This document shows positions 39,761-53,277 of a stretch of DNA of 64,000 nt, in pieces; the stretch's first letter is position 1, and every line of letters begins with the position of its first letter. The position numbers and the translations under genes were made by a program. The DNA lies in the NCBI GenBank assembly GCA_013265495.1, contig MU058198.1, positions 2,926,419 through 2,990,418 of the forward strand, given 5' to 3'. The notes under the pieces are model-generated. The model saw only the letters and a list, made by a program, of their open reading frames with translations. It had not been told where the DNA came from and searched no databases. This DNA is from Vicugna vicugna. Taxonomy: Eukaryota.

Positions 39761-41489
39761 AGTACCCTGCTCTTACTCACATCATTGCTATATCCTCCCA
39801 AGTCTCTCCACAGGAACGTGGCTTCACAACGTGTCACTTGCTCTGAGTCCTCAGGAAATCGCTCTGATGAATTTCTCCATGTGTCTTGAGAGTTATCTCA
39901 GAAATAAGGTGAAGGCAGTTCAGTGCCAGTAGCTGAAGAAGTTTCATTAACAGTTCCTCATGCTGATGAATCATGAGACCAAAGGAAAAGGAAATTCTAC
40001 GTTTGAGTATTTGGTTATCTCACTGACCTCAGTTGCAGAAAGTTGAGATAAACACACGCCTCTGTTTACGGCATATTATTGTCTTCAGTCTGTGAAAATC
40101 TTTCTTTGCTTCTTTTATTTATGCATTTATGCAGTTATTCCCCTCCCCCCTTAATTCATAACGCCCTTTCCAGTTGGCCACCTAGCACATGCCGATCATG
40201 GCAGGATCCCCACCCTCCATACCTACAAGTGGTGAATGCAGGCTCCAGGCAGCACTGCGGGCACCCCGCTCCCTAGAACCTCCATCTGTGGTTGGAAGCT
40301 CAGGGCTTGTCTCTCTGATTGTTCTGCACTCATCAGTCCTTGTCTTGATCTCCTCACTGACTCCTCAGATGCTGTGGGGTTTAGGGCAGTTGGAGGTGGA
40401 GGAGTCCTTTTACGAGTTCTTTGGCAAGTATCTTCTCAAGGTCACAGGTTGAGCTACCCCTTTCCCTCCACGCAGACTTCTCCACTGACGCCTTGTGAGG
40501 CTTCAGGCGTGGAGGGACTCCATTTTCATTTCGGCGTGGTGGGAGAGAGAGTCAGACACCCAGCTTTAAATTGTCATCTGGTCCGTAAAAATCCTATTCT
40601 CCAGTTTATTTCTTTGCTGCCTCATCAGAGGGAAAAGCCTACATCACAGGAATCAAAATGACACTAGAATTCTTCCCCATTTCCAAGAGAAAAGATACTG
40701 ATGGCTACTGTGGCTCTTATTGTTCTGATAGAGCTGACCAGAGGAGACACATACGAATGTTTCTCTGTGAATAATGTGGGTCAATGAGGTTATTCTGTTC
40801 AAATCTTTCTCCCCACTGGGAGCTACATAAAGTCAGAGCGTGTCCGTTCTGACCAACACTCTATCCATGGTGTCTAGAACAATGTAGCTGAGGCACAGCA
40901 GGCATTCAATAAATGTTTGCTGAAAGAATGAGCAAATTTTCAGCATAACACATGCCACAAGTGAAGTCTACAATGAAAATGTAGGTGGGTGGGGGGCTTC
41001 AGCTGGACCTGAAGCTCCATGTTGGGACCCCAGAAACAGGGCATGTGGTCTGGCTGTAGATCATTGCTTCCTGATGACAGTGGGACAAGGGGGTCAAGGA
41101 GTAATGTCCTCCTGCCCTGGCGGGTTCTGGACAACAAACCTAGAACCAGAGCCAGTTGGGAGCAAACCCAGAGGTGAAACAGGAACCAGAGGGGTGTGTA
41201 CTGCAGTTGTGAGAGATGCTGTAAATCAGGGTTACATGGAACTCAATAGGCACTTGACAGTGATGTTGGAGGGGGATGGACTTGGTCACCGGAGCCAGGG
41301 AAGGCTCTGCTGGTACATGAGAAGAGATTAGCACAGATGAGCTAGGTGACAAAGGGAGAGAGAAATCCTTACTCTCTCACCTCACTCTTTCCTTCTTTTT
41401 CTTCTCCCTCCTCTTTCTATTCATCCCCGTCCTCATCCTAGCATTTCGACTGTGCCCACGTTAGTGCCAAAGGAAGCATGTCTTAGCTA

Positions 41490-41850
41490 GGGTGCAAGCT
41501 ATGCTGCGGAAACAAAGCCCTGACCGTGGGATGCCTTAAATAAAATAATAGGCTTTGCTTTTCTCTCACGCGCTAGTCCAGAGCTGCAGGGTTGTGACAT
41601 GTGGCTGCCATTTCTGCTCCAGGTGCTACCATTTCCCACCAACAAACAGGGGGAAACAGAGGACGTGCAGGGCACCCTGCTTCCTTCTAAAAAAAAATTG
41701 TGACCTGGACTTTGTGCACACCGCTCCCTCTTACGCGATCCCGGCCGGAGTGTAGTCACATGGCCATACCCGCCTGCGGGGAGGTTGGGAAATGCAGCCC
41801 CTGGCAGCACAGAGAAGAGATCATGGAGGATAACTACCAGTTTCTACTGC
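41490..41850 (-). mobile_element. MaLR LTR (MLT1I/J-like)
   Basis: agctatgctgcggaaacaaa...tagtcacatggccatacc..cctgcggggaggttgggaaatgcag. Confidence 0.65.
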
Positions 41851-41903
41851 AAGAGGACAAGATCATTAACCCAGAGAAGCAAAGTCACTTCTCAATGCCT
41901 CTT

Positions 41904-41964
41904 TGCCTTAATTTTTTTTTAATTGAAGTGTAGTCAGTTTACAATGATGCGTCAGTTTCTATAC
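41904..41964 (-). mobile_element. Very short 5'-truncated L1 insertion
   Basis: ttttttttaattgaagtgtagtcagtttacaat (L1 3' terminus, antisense) between 14-bp direct repeats tctcaatgcctctt (41890-41903) and tctcagtgcctctt (41965-41978). Confidence 0.7.
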
Positions 41965-42940
41965 TCTCAGTGCCTCTTAACACTTGCCTGAGTGTTGACA
42001 GCTGTCCCTGTTTCATGGGCTAGAGCAGGGAACCTGATGTAACCCCCACCCAGCCCCAAACCACAGTGAGTGGTCCACCCCAGAGCTTGTCCCAACTCTG
42101 ACCATTTTAGAACCACCTTCGTAATCTTTGCCATATTTATCATACGTGTCCCATGCGAAATCGTGTCGCAGCCCTTGTATCAGAGGCGCAGGCGGCTTCC
42201 AGACCTTGTCCTACACGCCTCCTGCAGATGCTTCTGGCTCCTTCATGTCCTCCCTCGTTTAACAGGAAAAAGCTAAGCAGGGAACCACAAAAATACACTC
42301 TCATCCAAGCCTTACCTTAGATCCGTCAGATCAGAACCTTAGGTGAGGGTTCCAGAATTTAGAAAAAAAAGTAAACTCCTCAGAAGATTCTACTGCGCAA
42401 TGAGGGAAGAGAGCTACCGCCTTAACACTTAGAGATACTCCTAAATTCCCACAGAGGGCAGGAAAGCTTTGTTCTTTTTTATTTCATGAAAAAAGGGTGC
42501 CTTGCTCAATCCTGGCTTGGAGGAAGGTCGTTCATCTCGTAAACCTAACATCACATTTCAGCTCATCCTCGGTGGAAAAGGGAGGCAGAGAAGGTTTCAT
42601 TTGTCCAGTGGGTCAAGCAGACAGAAGAGGAGGAATATTTCCCCACGGCCATTCAACAAGTCAGCAAGGTCCTAACTCCTGCGCAAGACCTTTCCAGCAT
42701 GGCTCCAGGCTGGCTCACTGAGATCCAGGACCCTTCCTCACCCACTCCCCTTGCACGAAGATCAGGGAAATCCAATCACTCATCCCATTAACACCAAGCA
42801 CCAGACATTTTTCTAAGTACTTCACGTATATGACACTGAGGCATAAAAATGTTAAACAATTTGCCTGAGGCTGTAAAGTGAGGAAGCGGTAAAGCGGAGA
42901 TTTGAACCCTGGTGGTCTGGCTCCAGAATCCATGATTTTA

Positions 42941-43078
42941 CTTGTATTGTTTGTTTTCTGAGGGGAAGGTAATTAGGTTTTCTTCATTGACTTCCGCTTG
43001 GAAGAAGTACTGGGGATTGAACCCAGGACCTCTTGGGTGCTAAGCATGTGCTCTACCACTTGAGCTCTACCCTTCCCC
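42941..43078 (-). mobile_element. tRNA-derived SINE (camelid Vic-1-like, long-tail form) inserted in a MIR
   Basis: ggtaattaggttt...tactggggattgaacccaggacctc..gtgctaagcatgtgctctaccacttgagct.tacccttcccc. Flanking direct repeats agaatccatgatttta / agaatctctaatttta. Confidence 0.85.
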
Positions 43079-45325
43079 TGAGAATCTCTAATTTTAACCT
43101 GCTACATTGGACCATCCCTGCTACAGGAAGGAAGGGGCTACTCCCAACCTCTGCCCACAGGTCAGAAGGAAGCCAACATGAGACTCAGATTGAACAAACA
43201 TTTGTTGAGTATCTGAATGTGCAGAGAAACTTCCACTCTACCTCTAGTGGAGGTTCCGAAGCAACAGACACTCGAGCCCTCCCCTCCTCCCTTCCCTGCC
43301 CCCTCGCCCACCTGTTCCCCAGAGAATCCCACTCGGAAACCTCTAGAACAGCTCTGCCCCAGCCTGCCGTCTGAGAACCCTCTAGGGGGCTGCCTTCCTC
43401 CTCCTTCTCCAAGTTCAGGGTGGCTCGGCCAAGGCTGGGCAACTGGTCACCCAGCTCTGCTCCCACTGGGATGGGGAGGAGGGAGAGCCTTCTAGACACA
43501 TGGTCTGGGCTGCTGCGCGGAGGCAGGCTCTCTGCCCTCAGCCCCCCGGGAGGGTCTGGCTGCTGAAGCCCCATTAGCCCAGACACGCCGGCTCGGGGAG
43601 AAGGCGTCCAGAGAACACGAGAGTGGTTGTTAAGTAGAAAGCACCACACGTGTGCCCCCTGTCACTCCCTTTCTGCACTGTCACTCTGACAAGCTCTGAC
43701 ACAAGGGCATTAATTTTTCATGCCACCCTGCCGCAGACACACAGATTTGTTTGGAGCGACGATAAATGAAATGCAAATGTGGCTGGAAGCCCGGGGCTGA
43801 GCCGCTGAGACAACAGGTCACATCCTGCTCCCGCCTCATCTGCCTGTCCCGTGACACCTGCAGCCACCACTTTACATCTGCCACGTCCCGTGGCTCCGGG
43901 GAGCCAGAGGTGACTGCCGGGGACAGGGAACGCAATGTTCTCGGCGGGCAGCAGGAAAGTTGATTAAGAAAAACTCACTCCCTCCATGCGTTTTCTGATC
44001 TCGTATTTATCTTCATTTGAACCATCCTGGGTAGATGTGTTTTAATTGCAAGCCACTTCCATTCTTTTTCCAGAAGCAGGCAGGGCATAAATTATAAAAT
44101 AAATAAATGATTAAGAAACATCTAATTATTGTTATTCGTTTCTTACTTGAAGGTACTTCTAATCCGCTTCTTATTAAAGTCATTCATCAAGGAGCCACCG
44201 TGCCCTTTCTGCAGGCGCTGCTCCCAGGGCCTACGTGAGGCTCGCTGTCTCCCGAAACACGCACTGCTTAATCAACACGAGAATGTCGATGGTTGTGAAT
44301 TCCTCCCTCAGCCTAAACTCCAGCTTGATGGATTGATGCTTCCTAAACATGGCGAATATTTCTCCAGCCATTCATCAGCCCCACCACAAATACAGGTGGC
44401 AGCCCGAACAGACGTCAGCCTCTAACTGCTGCCCTCAGAGCAGATGTGGAGAGAAAGCCCGCATTTCCCACACGGGGACCTCATCAATTTTTCATGGGCT
44501 GCAGTCCCTCGACTTATTAAATATTTATAACAATGTCATTATTTACCAAACAAGCTACCAGGCTGTGTCCGAGGTCCCCATAGCCAGACTCCTGCGTGTA
44601 CAGTGCAGGGACCTCTCTTCTGCCCCCTCTTCCTCCGGAGAACCTTCTTATTAGAGGCCATTGGGTCATGCAGACAGGTTTCTCGGCCATCCTGCACAAG
44701 CGCCTCTGTAGGTTTTCTCCAGGCTTTGGTAGAGGGAACTGCAGGGCGGAGGTGGATGGTCCAGCTGGGAACCAAGGCATGAGGAGACTAAGGTGTCGTG
44801 AGTGAAGGCCGCCTGCTGGATCCACCCTACCACCACCAGCCGCCGTTCTGCCATCCCTGCCACGCTGACCTCACCATTCCCCTGATCTGCCCCTCACATC
44901 CCTCTCTTCTGTCTGATTCCAGTCCAGAGCGCTAATGCTTCCAGGTAATGGCAGACCATGTCTGCAGCAACAAAGAACTCATTGGCCTCACAAAGATAAA
45001 CTGAGCACCTGCAGGTGTGGGGCACTGCCTGGGTTGCTGGGGACAATGCGCGATGGCAGGCACAAGGGCTGCCTCCCCAGCACTCATCCCCCTCAAAAGC
45101 TGCTTCTCCACGGGAACTCCCTGCTCCCATCCCCCGACACTGGCTGGAAATGCCAGACACTCCCTTTCTTCACTTTCCTTGCAACTTGGTCACAGGCAGG
45201 TAACCAGGATCCTGGTCAAATGGGAGGTTTTCAGAGACCAGGGGGTGGCTCTGAGAAACAGTCCCCTCACTGGCCAAGGCCCCTGGGCAGAGAGAGGTCC
45301 CATCTTTTTCAAATGGATGCTGCCC

Positions 45326-45360
45326 CTGAGGACAAGTCTGAGGACAAGTCTGAGGACAAA
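45326..45360. repeat. 12-bp tandem repeat, ~3 copies (ctgaggacaagt)
   Basis: ctgaggacaagt ctgaggacaagt ctgaggacaaa seen directly. Confidence 0.9.
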
Positions 45361-45494
45361 GGCCAACAGGCCGAGAACTCAGATTGAAGAGCCTTGGTCC
45401 TGGCTGCCACTGTCAAGGCACTGAGCCCACACTGCACCTGCTCTGCTTCCAGACTTTTTGTTAAGCAAGTTTTTTAAGATGTCCTTCTTGCACC

Positions 45495-46160
45495 ATTAGA
45501 ATACTCCCACAATTAAAAATTGTTGCAGGCAGGATCCGCTGCTGGATGCTAAAATTAGTGGGTGCAAGTGTGAGGAGAGACAAGATATTTGCACAATCTG
45601 ACATTAACTCCAAGACATTTATTAAGTTCATGGGGGAAAACAGTAACCCGACAGAGGAGAAACCCAGAAGACACCACCTTAACTGAATGGCCAAGGTTTT
45701 AACACCACCAGTCACAAGACATATCAAGGTCACGTTCTCCCGGGGACGCATGGCTTTTGTGCTAATCTTGTCAAAAAATGCAAAATTTCAGTCTAACCAT
45801 GACAAAGTATGAAACAAATCCAAACAGAGATGCAGTCTGTATAACAAATGTCTCATAATCCTCAAAACTGTCAAGGTGGTGAGAGAGTGGGGGCTGTCAG
45901 AGTTTGGAGGAACAAAGGAGACACGACACTTACATAACATGGGACCTGGGATTGGTTTCTGAAACAGAAGAAAGACATTAGTGGAAAACTGGTAAAAATC
46001 CAAAGTTATTATTTGGTCGACAGTATTATATCAATGTTAATTTCAAGCTTTGACAAGTATGTTGGTTTTGAAATATGCTGACATTAGGGGAAGCTGGGTG
46101 AAGAGTCTATGGGAATCTTCTGGACTACTTTTGCAACTTTTCTGTAAGTCTAAAAATTTT
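45495..46160 (+). mobile_element. Old L1 (L1MC/L1ME-type) 3' region
   Basis: gacaccaccttaac...tcctcaaaactgtcaagg...gacattagtggaaaact...acattaggggaagctgggtgaag...ttgcaacttttctgtaagtctaaaa. Confidence 0.8.
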
Positions 46161-46559
46161 CTTTTTAAGTGTCAGAAGATTAAGCCAAGGAAGCTCTCCT
46201 TAGCTGTTTCCAAAAAGTAACAATATTCTCTCTTCCTGGATTTGCCATAGGAAAAACTACTCAAAGATTTCACACCAAAAAAGGACTTTATAGAGTGTAG
46301 AAGGACCCCCTGTCTAGCAACTGCATTACTAAATGCAGCTGGGTATGTTGATTATCAAAATCAGCTTATTTAATACAATGTAGGGTATTGGAGTAATAAT
46401 CTAAAAAAACCCCACAAGTTTTGAAGTAGTGGGACTAGGTTCACATCCAAGACGTACCATTTGTGACTGGTGTGATTGTTAAGAAAGTTAATTACTTACT
46501 CTTTCTGCGCCTCAGTACACTTATGTATAAAACTGAAATAATGGAGCCAACTGTGGTTG

Positions 46560-47215
46560 GACATTTTGTTCCTTATAGCTGACAGCATCCAAAATGATAC
46601 AAGTAACAGAGCAAACACAAAGACTCTGCTCTCCTGGTGACTATAATCTGGTGGGGAAGACACATGATAAGACTGGTGCTAGTGAAGAAATAAATAAGAT
46701 TGCAGAGACTGAGACGTGCTATGAAAATAAAATAGACAAGATAAAGAATGCCTGCAAAGTGGGACAATGACATTGGATTTAGGGGTCCAAGGACGCCTTC
46801 CTGGGGATCCACTTGAGATGAGAAAGGACTTGCTATATGAACCTGTAGGGGAAGAGTATTTCTGGTTAGAGAACCGGCAAGTGCCAAGGTCCTGTGGTCA
46901 GGACATTAAGGTGGCTTCTGTGCTTGCAGTGAAGGAAGAATGTGACATAAGATGGGATTGGAGAAGTGGGCAGATTAAAGAGGCTGATGCAAAAGCCCAG
47001 TCAAGAGACTGTGGTAACTTGGACTCAGGCATCATCAGTGGAGAGAAAGAAGAGTGGACGGATTTAGGACATGATTGTGGAGGCAGGCTTGGACACGGCT
47101 TGCAAATGGATTAGATGTAAAGATGTGGGTTGAGGGGAAAAGTGGAGTCAAGGGTGGACCCTGGGCTTCCAGACTGAGCAGCTGAAGTGGATGTGAAGCC
47201 ATTTACTGAGCCCTA
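46560..47215 (-). mobile_element. L2 LINE fragment
   Basis: caagtgccaaggtcctgtgg...gagaaagaagagtggacggattt...ggagtcaagggtggac.cctggg. Confidence 0.65.
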
Positions 47216-47229
47216 GAAGAGGATGGACA

Positions 47230-48475
47230 AGTGGATCAGAAGTAATACTCAAAGATAGAATGGCTGAAGTTTCCCAAGTCTGATTCATGAAGTTCAGGAT
47301 AGAAACAAAGAAAAAAAAACCCACACCTAAGCCCATTGTAATAAAACTGGTGGAAAACAAAGAGAGGTATCTTCAAAGCACTGATGGAAAAAAATACCTT
47401 AAAAGGAACAGCCATAAGACTAATAACCGACTTATTCACAGAAATAATAAAAGGCAGAAAACCATGGACTGACAATGAAAGAAAATAACTTCCAATCTAG
47501 AATTCTATTCCCAGTGAAAATACTCTTCAAAAAGAAAGGCAAAATAAAGACATTTCCCATCAAATAAAAACTAAGAGAATGCCTCATTAGCATGGGCTTA
47601 AAAAAGAACTGAAGGGGAATTCTTCAGGAAGAAGGAAGATGATCACAGAAGAAACACAGAAATGCAGGAAGGAATGAAGAGCAACGGGAAGTAAACATCC
47701 TGGTAAATCTAAGTGAATATTGACTTCCGACTTAATAATGTTAGTGATACGAGTTATATACACAATCATCCCTTGGTATCCATGGGAGATTGGTTCTAGG
47801 ACCCCCCTTGTCCCCCGCACTGCAGATACCAAGGTCTGAGGATGCTCAAGTCCCATATATAGGATGGCATAGTACAGTCAGCCCTCCATATGCACAGGTG
47901 CTGCCTCTGTGGATTCAACCAACCGCAATACAGGATCCACAGATATGGAGGATTGACCGTTCATGTATGTTAAGTACACATAGAATTACAATATACAACA
48001 AATGGCAAATAGCAGAAAGGGTGAAATGGAACCAAAGTGTTCTAAGGCCCTGAAGGGGTTAAAATTATTAAGTTGTCTTGGACTCTTGTAAATCAAGAAT
48101 GCATGCTGAAAATATACCATAATAATGTAAGATTTTAATAATAGGGGCAACCGAGTGCAGGATGTATGTGAATTCTCTTTACTATCTCTGCAGTTTTTCT
48201 GTAAATCTAAAACTGTTCTAAAATTAAAAATTTATTTGAAAATTTTAAAAAAAAGAATGCATGCTGAAATCATAAGGGTAACCACTAAAAGAAAAACAGA
48301 GGAATTAATAACAAATAAACAGAGTTGGAAAACTGGAATTCAAAAAAATGCTTGATTGATCTAAAAGAAAGGAGAGAAAAATATAAAACGGGTGGGATAA
48401 ATATCAAAGAAACAGTGAGATAGTAGATAAAACTAAACATGTTAGTAATTTTATTAAATGTAAATAAATCAACAA
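47230..48475 (+). mobile_element. Degraded old L1 (ORF1-end/intergenic and 3' fragments) with a nested MER2-like element at ~47760-47960
   Basis: atggctgaagtttccca...cccacacctaag.ccattgtaataaaactg...caatctagaattctattcccagtgaaaatactcttcaa. Nested catcccttggtatccatgggagattggttctaggacccc...gatgctcaagtccc. Confidence 0.75.
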
Positions 48476-51400
48476 CCCCACTGAAGCCTCCCAAAGATCA
48501 TATAGATACTATTAACCACACTTAGCAGGTGAAGAATTTGAGGCACAGAGAAGTTAACTGACCAAGGTCGTCCGGCTGGGAAGTCATGGTACCAGGATGC
48601 GAACCTAGCGGCCTGCCCTCGGGGCCCGAGCATGTCACCTTCCCAAGCGCTTCCCTCCTCTCTGTCCACCCATCACTGCTCTAGGTGAGCCCTTCCACAG
48701 GGCTGTACCCAGATTCCTGCAGCAAGTTCCTAACCCGGGGCTCCCTGTGCCACATTGTTGCCATGGTGACCATGATAGGTCCCAGACTGGATCTCGGCTC
48801 TCTCCTAAGTTAAAATCTCTTCCTGGATGCTCATTTACTTCAGGACAAATGTAGGGGGTCATAAAAGGTCCAACCAGATGAAGCCTCTGCCAACCTCCTT
48901 CCCGCTTCATCCTCTGCTTCTTGCCTTCCTGCCCCTACATTCCAGGAAGATTGGATGCCTGGGGTTTCCAGAAAGTACAAGCAGTTTCCCCAGCCTGGAA
49001 TGTGTGAGCTAAGCTCTGGTGCCCGCTCCTCTGTAAAGCTCCCATGAGGGTCAGGGTCAGCCCTTCATCTCCGGAGCACTTACTCTGTGCCAGGCTCTGT
49101 GCTGAATGCTTTGTGGGCATCCTTCCTATTTAACTCTCACAAGTCAATGATTCAGGTACCATTATTCTTCAGCTTTTAGACAGGAGGGCTGACACAGAAA
49201 GGTTAAGTGGATTTCCCCAAGCAAATCCATTAATTCTGTTAGTAACTATGTACTTAGGAACTACCATGTGCCTGGCACCCTCCTGGGTGGTTGGGGAAGA
49301 GCAGCACACAGAACGGGCAAACACCCCTGCTCTCCTGTGAGCACATAGACCACATCTGCATACGTTCTGTATGTTGCATATGCATCGTACAGATACTGCG
49401 GTTGATGGTACTAAGCAATATGAAGACGGAGGGATAGAACATGAAGCTGGTTGCAGTGTTTTAAAAGGGAGGTCGGGGAAGGCTCTGACATCTGAGTAAA
49501 GACATAAGGAGATAAGGGAGTGAGCCACGGGGCATTGTCTCTGAGACAGAACACCAGGAAGTGCGCTGGAGGTGGGGTGTGGACGTGGAGGTGCCTGGAG
49601 GGAAGAGCAGTGAGTACAGGGCGTGGCAGTGCACATGGAAATGTTCATTTCCTACCAACCAACCTGACCCCTTGCTAGACAGCAAGCTCCTTGGAGTATG
49701 GTCCTCTCTCCAGGCAGGAGGCACTGCTAACCGAAGAAACTTGGATCTTTATTTTGAATAAGACAGTTAAAGAGGCACCCTCCCCAGCACCACATTTTAC
49801 AGACTTGGAACCCTGAGCCTGCGCCATCCCCCACCCCACGCCTTTCCCCCCAAGTCTCCGAAGGAATGAAGTCTGATGTGATGTCCCTGCATCTTGGGAA
49901 CTGGATCTGTATGCTGTGGGCCTCCAGGAAATCTTCCTGAACAAAGGAAAGGGAAGGAAGGAAGCCTTCCAGCAGCAGGGAGCCCTGATTCTGACTACAC
50001 CACTGGCTCCACTCAAATTATCTTCCCACTTTCTTTAAGAAAAACTGAGCTCTTACAAATCCACAGAGCAGGTCAAATTCATGTCATACCCCTGAAAGCT
50101 CTAAGAAACGGGGTGCAAGGCTGGTGGGTTTGGGGCACAGTGTAGAAACCCATCCCCTGGGGAGAGGAGAGCCCTTGTCCTCTGCGTGGCAAATGTCGGC
50201 AGTGGGTGAGAAACATGGCTGAGGCCGGACCAGGTCAAGACTGAATTCCAGAGGGTTCTATGTGAGGCAGACCCAAGCCCTGCCAAGAGGTGACGTCTGC
50301 CAGATGACCCGCGTGGAAACGCCTGAGACGTGGAACAGAGCCGCAGAAAGGAAAACTGAGAGACCCACCTGGGAGAAGTCAGGAGCGGGTCTGGGAGAGA
50401 GAAAGGGGGTGGGGGTGGGGACGGGCCTCTAGCCACACCCTGTGGGGTGACGGTGGCCTGAAATCAGTCGCAGGGCGCGCAGGAACACGCGGTCCAGGGC
50501 GAGGGGCCTCATCGGGACTTTGCTTCTTCCCGGAAGACTGACAGAGGAGGGAAATGTTCAGGGAGATATTGATCATTCAAATATTTGAAAATAATCGCCA
50601 AGTTCTAAGGAGAATGCTCCTTAATATTTATATGACTGTGAAATGTGTTACTTTATGACACACAAACACCTTCAGGCATAATGATGCCTCTTGAATGATC
50701 ACTGCACAGCCTCAAGCACAGTATTACCATTTAGAGACATTTATAGCGCTGCACCGCGGGTTTTATGGCATGTGGGTCACACTTGCCCTCGGTTAGGAAC
50801 AGTCTCCCTGCCCCAGCCCTCAACCATAATGCTCTGCTTTAGAAAAATAAGATCTATTCTATGATCTGCATTCAACACCTTTTAGGAAAAATGATGGCTG
50901 GTGGTAACTCATCTAAACTGAAACCCTTGCTCCCCCCTGAAAATGCTCAACTCATATTGAATAAGCATTTCCATAGAGGCTAAGAACTTGCAGGCTGGAC
51001 TTCTAAATGCCTTTGATAATGGTGATCTCTAGTGCCCCCGAGTGCTCATAAGTGGTGTGACATCCTCAACAGGGAGTTCTGTCCTGAGAGGTGGTAAATT
51101 TTCACCACCCACCTCGAAGTTTTTGTTAAGAACAGGATGGTTGGAAACAACGATACCAGGGGCAAGAGAGGGCCCAGAAGAGGATGGTTCCCTTCATAAC
51201 TGCTATTTCCTCCTAGGATAAAAGTTTGGTAGAAGAGGGAAATTATAGGAAATGTTGAAAGTCCATTAGAATTGAGTTAGAAATGTGAGTTTCTTCTCCA
51301 GCTCTGTGGCCCAGGACAAACTGCCTCCTGGAAAACATCGGAATATGAACCCTTGATTGTGAAGATTAAATAAGCATGGATATGGGTTTTTTGGTTTAAA

Positions 51401-51591
51401 ATTTTACTTATAGAGTATCTGTACGTATCCTCCTGTAATGTTTTCATTTTAACACTACAATTTTAAAGCATTTTGAATACATCAGTGTAGTACAAGTACC
51501 TGCTTCATTTCCGAGGTTAGTCAACACCAAAATATATAGGTTGGCAAAGGGGAGAAAGAGGAATGGCTTGAAGAGGGCATCATGTAATAAA

Positions 51592-51597
51592 TTTATT
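51592..51597 (-). terminator. Putative distal poly(A) signal AATAAA of USP31
   Basis: tttatt on the plus strand at the end of a U-rich UTR segment; a pyrimidine-rich stretch follows on the minus strand. Confidence 0.6.
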
Positions 51598-53105
51598 ATA
51601 TTTTGTTACATTTTCCACTTTTCTCTTAATTCCAACTGTATACTATATAATCAACTGCTGTTCCAGAAATAAAACATTTTAAACATAAAAATATAAATTC
51701 TGCTTCTTAAAAGTGCATACACCTTGAATAATAAAACATACAAATAAATAACACAAGTCAGTGACACATCGCATGCACTTATTCTAAAATAATTTAAAAT
51801 GTATGTATGATACACTTTTTCTTCCAGCCTCAAGGAACGACATCCTGCCTTCCATATTACTGTGTAACTCAAGAAGGAAATTATATACAAATCACTATGA
51901 ATGGTGCGTGAATACCAAAACATTTTGTGTACAGTGATACAACATGCAGCTTTTAAGACAACTATAGAAATTCCAGTGTAAAAGCTGAAGAGTTTAATCA
52001 AGAAATGATTTTTGTAATGGGGCTTGAATTCAATTTTAACCAGTGGTGGGAGGCACAGTTGGTGAGCAAACCTATAGGGAACATAAACGCATATTTGAAA
52101 GGCCCCCAAAGAGAACTTAGGCTTCAGAAAGACCTTCACTGCCTCCCCATTTGGTATGACGACACCTCACCGTTTAGAATAGCACCTAGGAAAATTCATA
52201 TTGCATTTCCACCATTACAACAGGTATCACTGCTCTGGGCAGCCTTTCGAAAGGAGCATTTCTAACTTGAGCGTTTACTTGTATCTTATTCCTTGAAATG
52301 CTGAAAACACCAGGTAAATTGTGTTTATTTCCTTTCTTTGTAGGCAGCATAATGCTCAACAGGATCAAACCAGAAGCAGAGCAGATTATTATTTTGAAAA
52401 TGTTGTTGTGCATTCAGCTCACCACAGATGAAAACTAAATTTCACTTGCCTCCACAGGTAACAACATTTACTGCCAAATTTGGGGAAGAACATTATTTGA
52501 TTTTTTTTAATTACATGAAAAAATAAATACCAAGGGTTACTGAAAAAAGACCCCCAAATCAAATGCTTCACATTAATTTTTTAACTAAAAAATTATTCCT
52601 GAAACTACATTCTGGAGAGTAGAGTGAGCTAAATAGGAAATTGGACGGCAGCCTAAGGTTTGCTATTACAATTACTACAAAGAGACAATCAGTCTAGCAA
52701 AATCAGGGACCGGTTTTCCAAGGCCACTGAAGGCTCTACTTCAGCATTTTCTAACTCAGAGTGACCTCTCTGGGCCCCCATGGGCCTGGCCCTGCCGAGG
52801 CCTCCAGGGGAAAGGCTCCAGGAAGGACGCAACCCCCACAGGGCACTCCGCCTGCTCCAGCAAACCAAAGACCACGGACCCCCACCAGATGGGCAAGTGC
52901 TGAGGCACAGACAGAGCTCCAGGCCCCTGAATCGGGCCTTGAATCAGAAAGGCTCCCCCGGCCCCTTATGTCACGCAGGAGGTTGATATTAGTTCTCAGT
53001 CTCTCCTTTTTTTTTTCCTCACCAAAGCAACAGAGGAATCTGAGTTGCTCCTGAGCACTTCCCACGGCAGTGATTCTCACCATAGGTCTCAGCGAAAGGT
53101 GTGTC

Positions 53106-53277
53106 ACAGTGGTTCTCAGTTCTGACTGCGAAGTAGAAACACCTAGGAGCTTTAAATCTCCGCGGTAATTCCTGGGACCTGCCCTTACACTAACTAGATC
53201 ACAAGCCTGGAAGTGGGATCCAGGCATTTTTAAAAGTTCCCTAGATGATTCTATGAACGCTGGGTATCAGAATCTCA
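53106..53277. mobile_element. MER5A-like MITE inside the inferred USP31 3'UTR
   Basis: cagtggttctca...cacctaggagctttaaa...gggatccaggcatttttaaaagttccctagatgattct. Confidence 0.65.

Noticed and set aside
45326..45360. Short direct repeats here and at 60798-60884 considered as CRISPR-like arrays
   Set aside because: Eukaryotic context, only 2-3 units, no series of unique spacers and no cas genes.
525..51500. Numerous 60-170 aa ORFs in the intergenic region
   Set aside because: No recognisable domains, many lie in repeats or start at non-ATG codons, and I found no consistent exon chain or processed-pseudogene signature.
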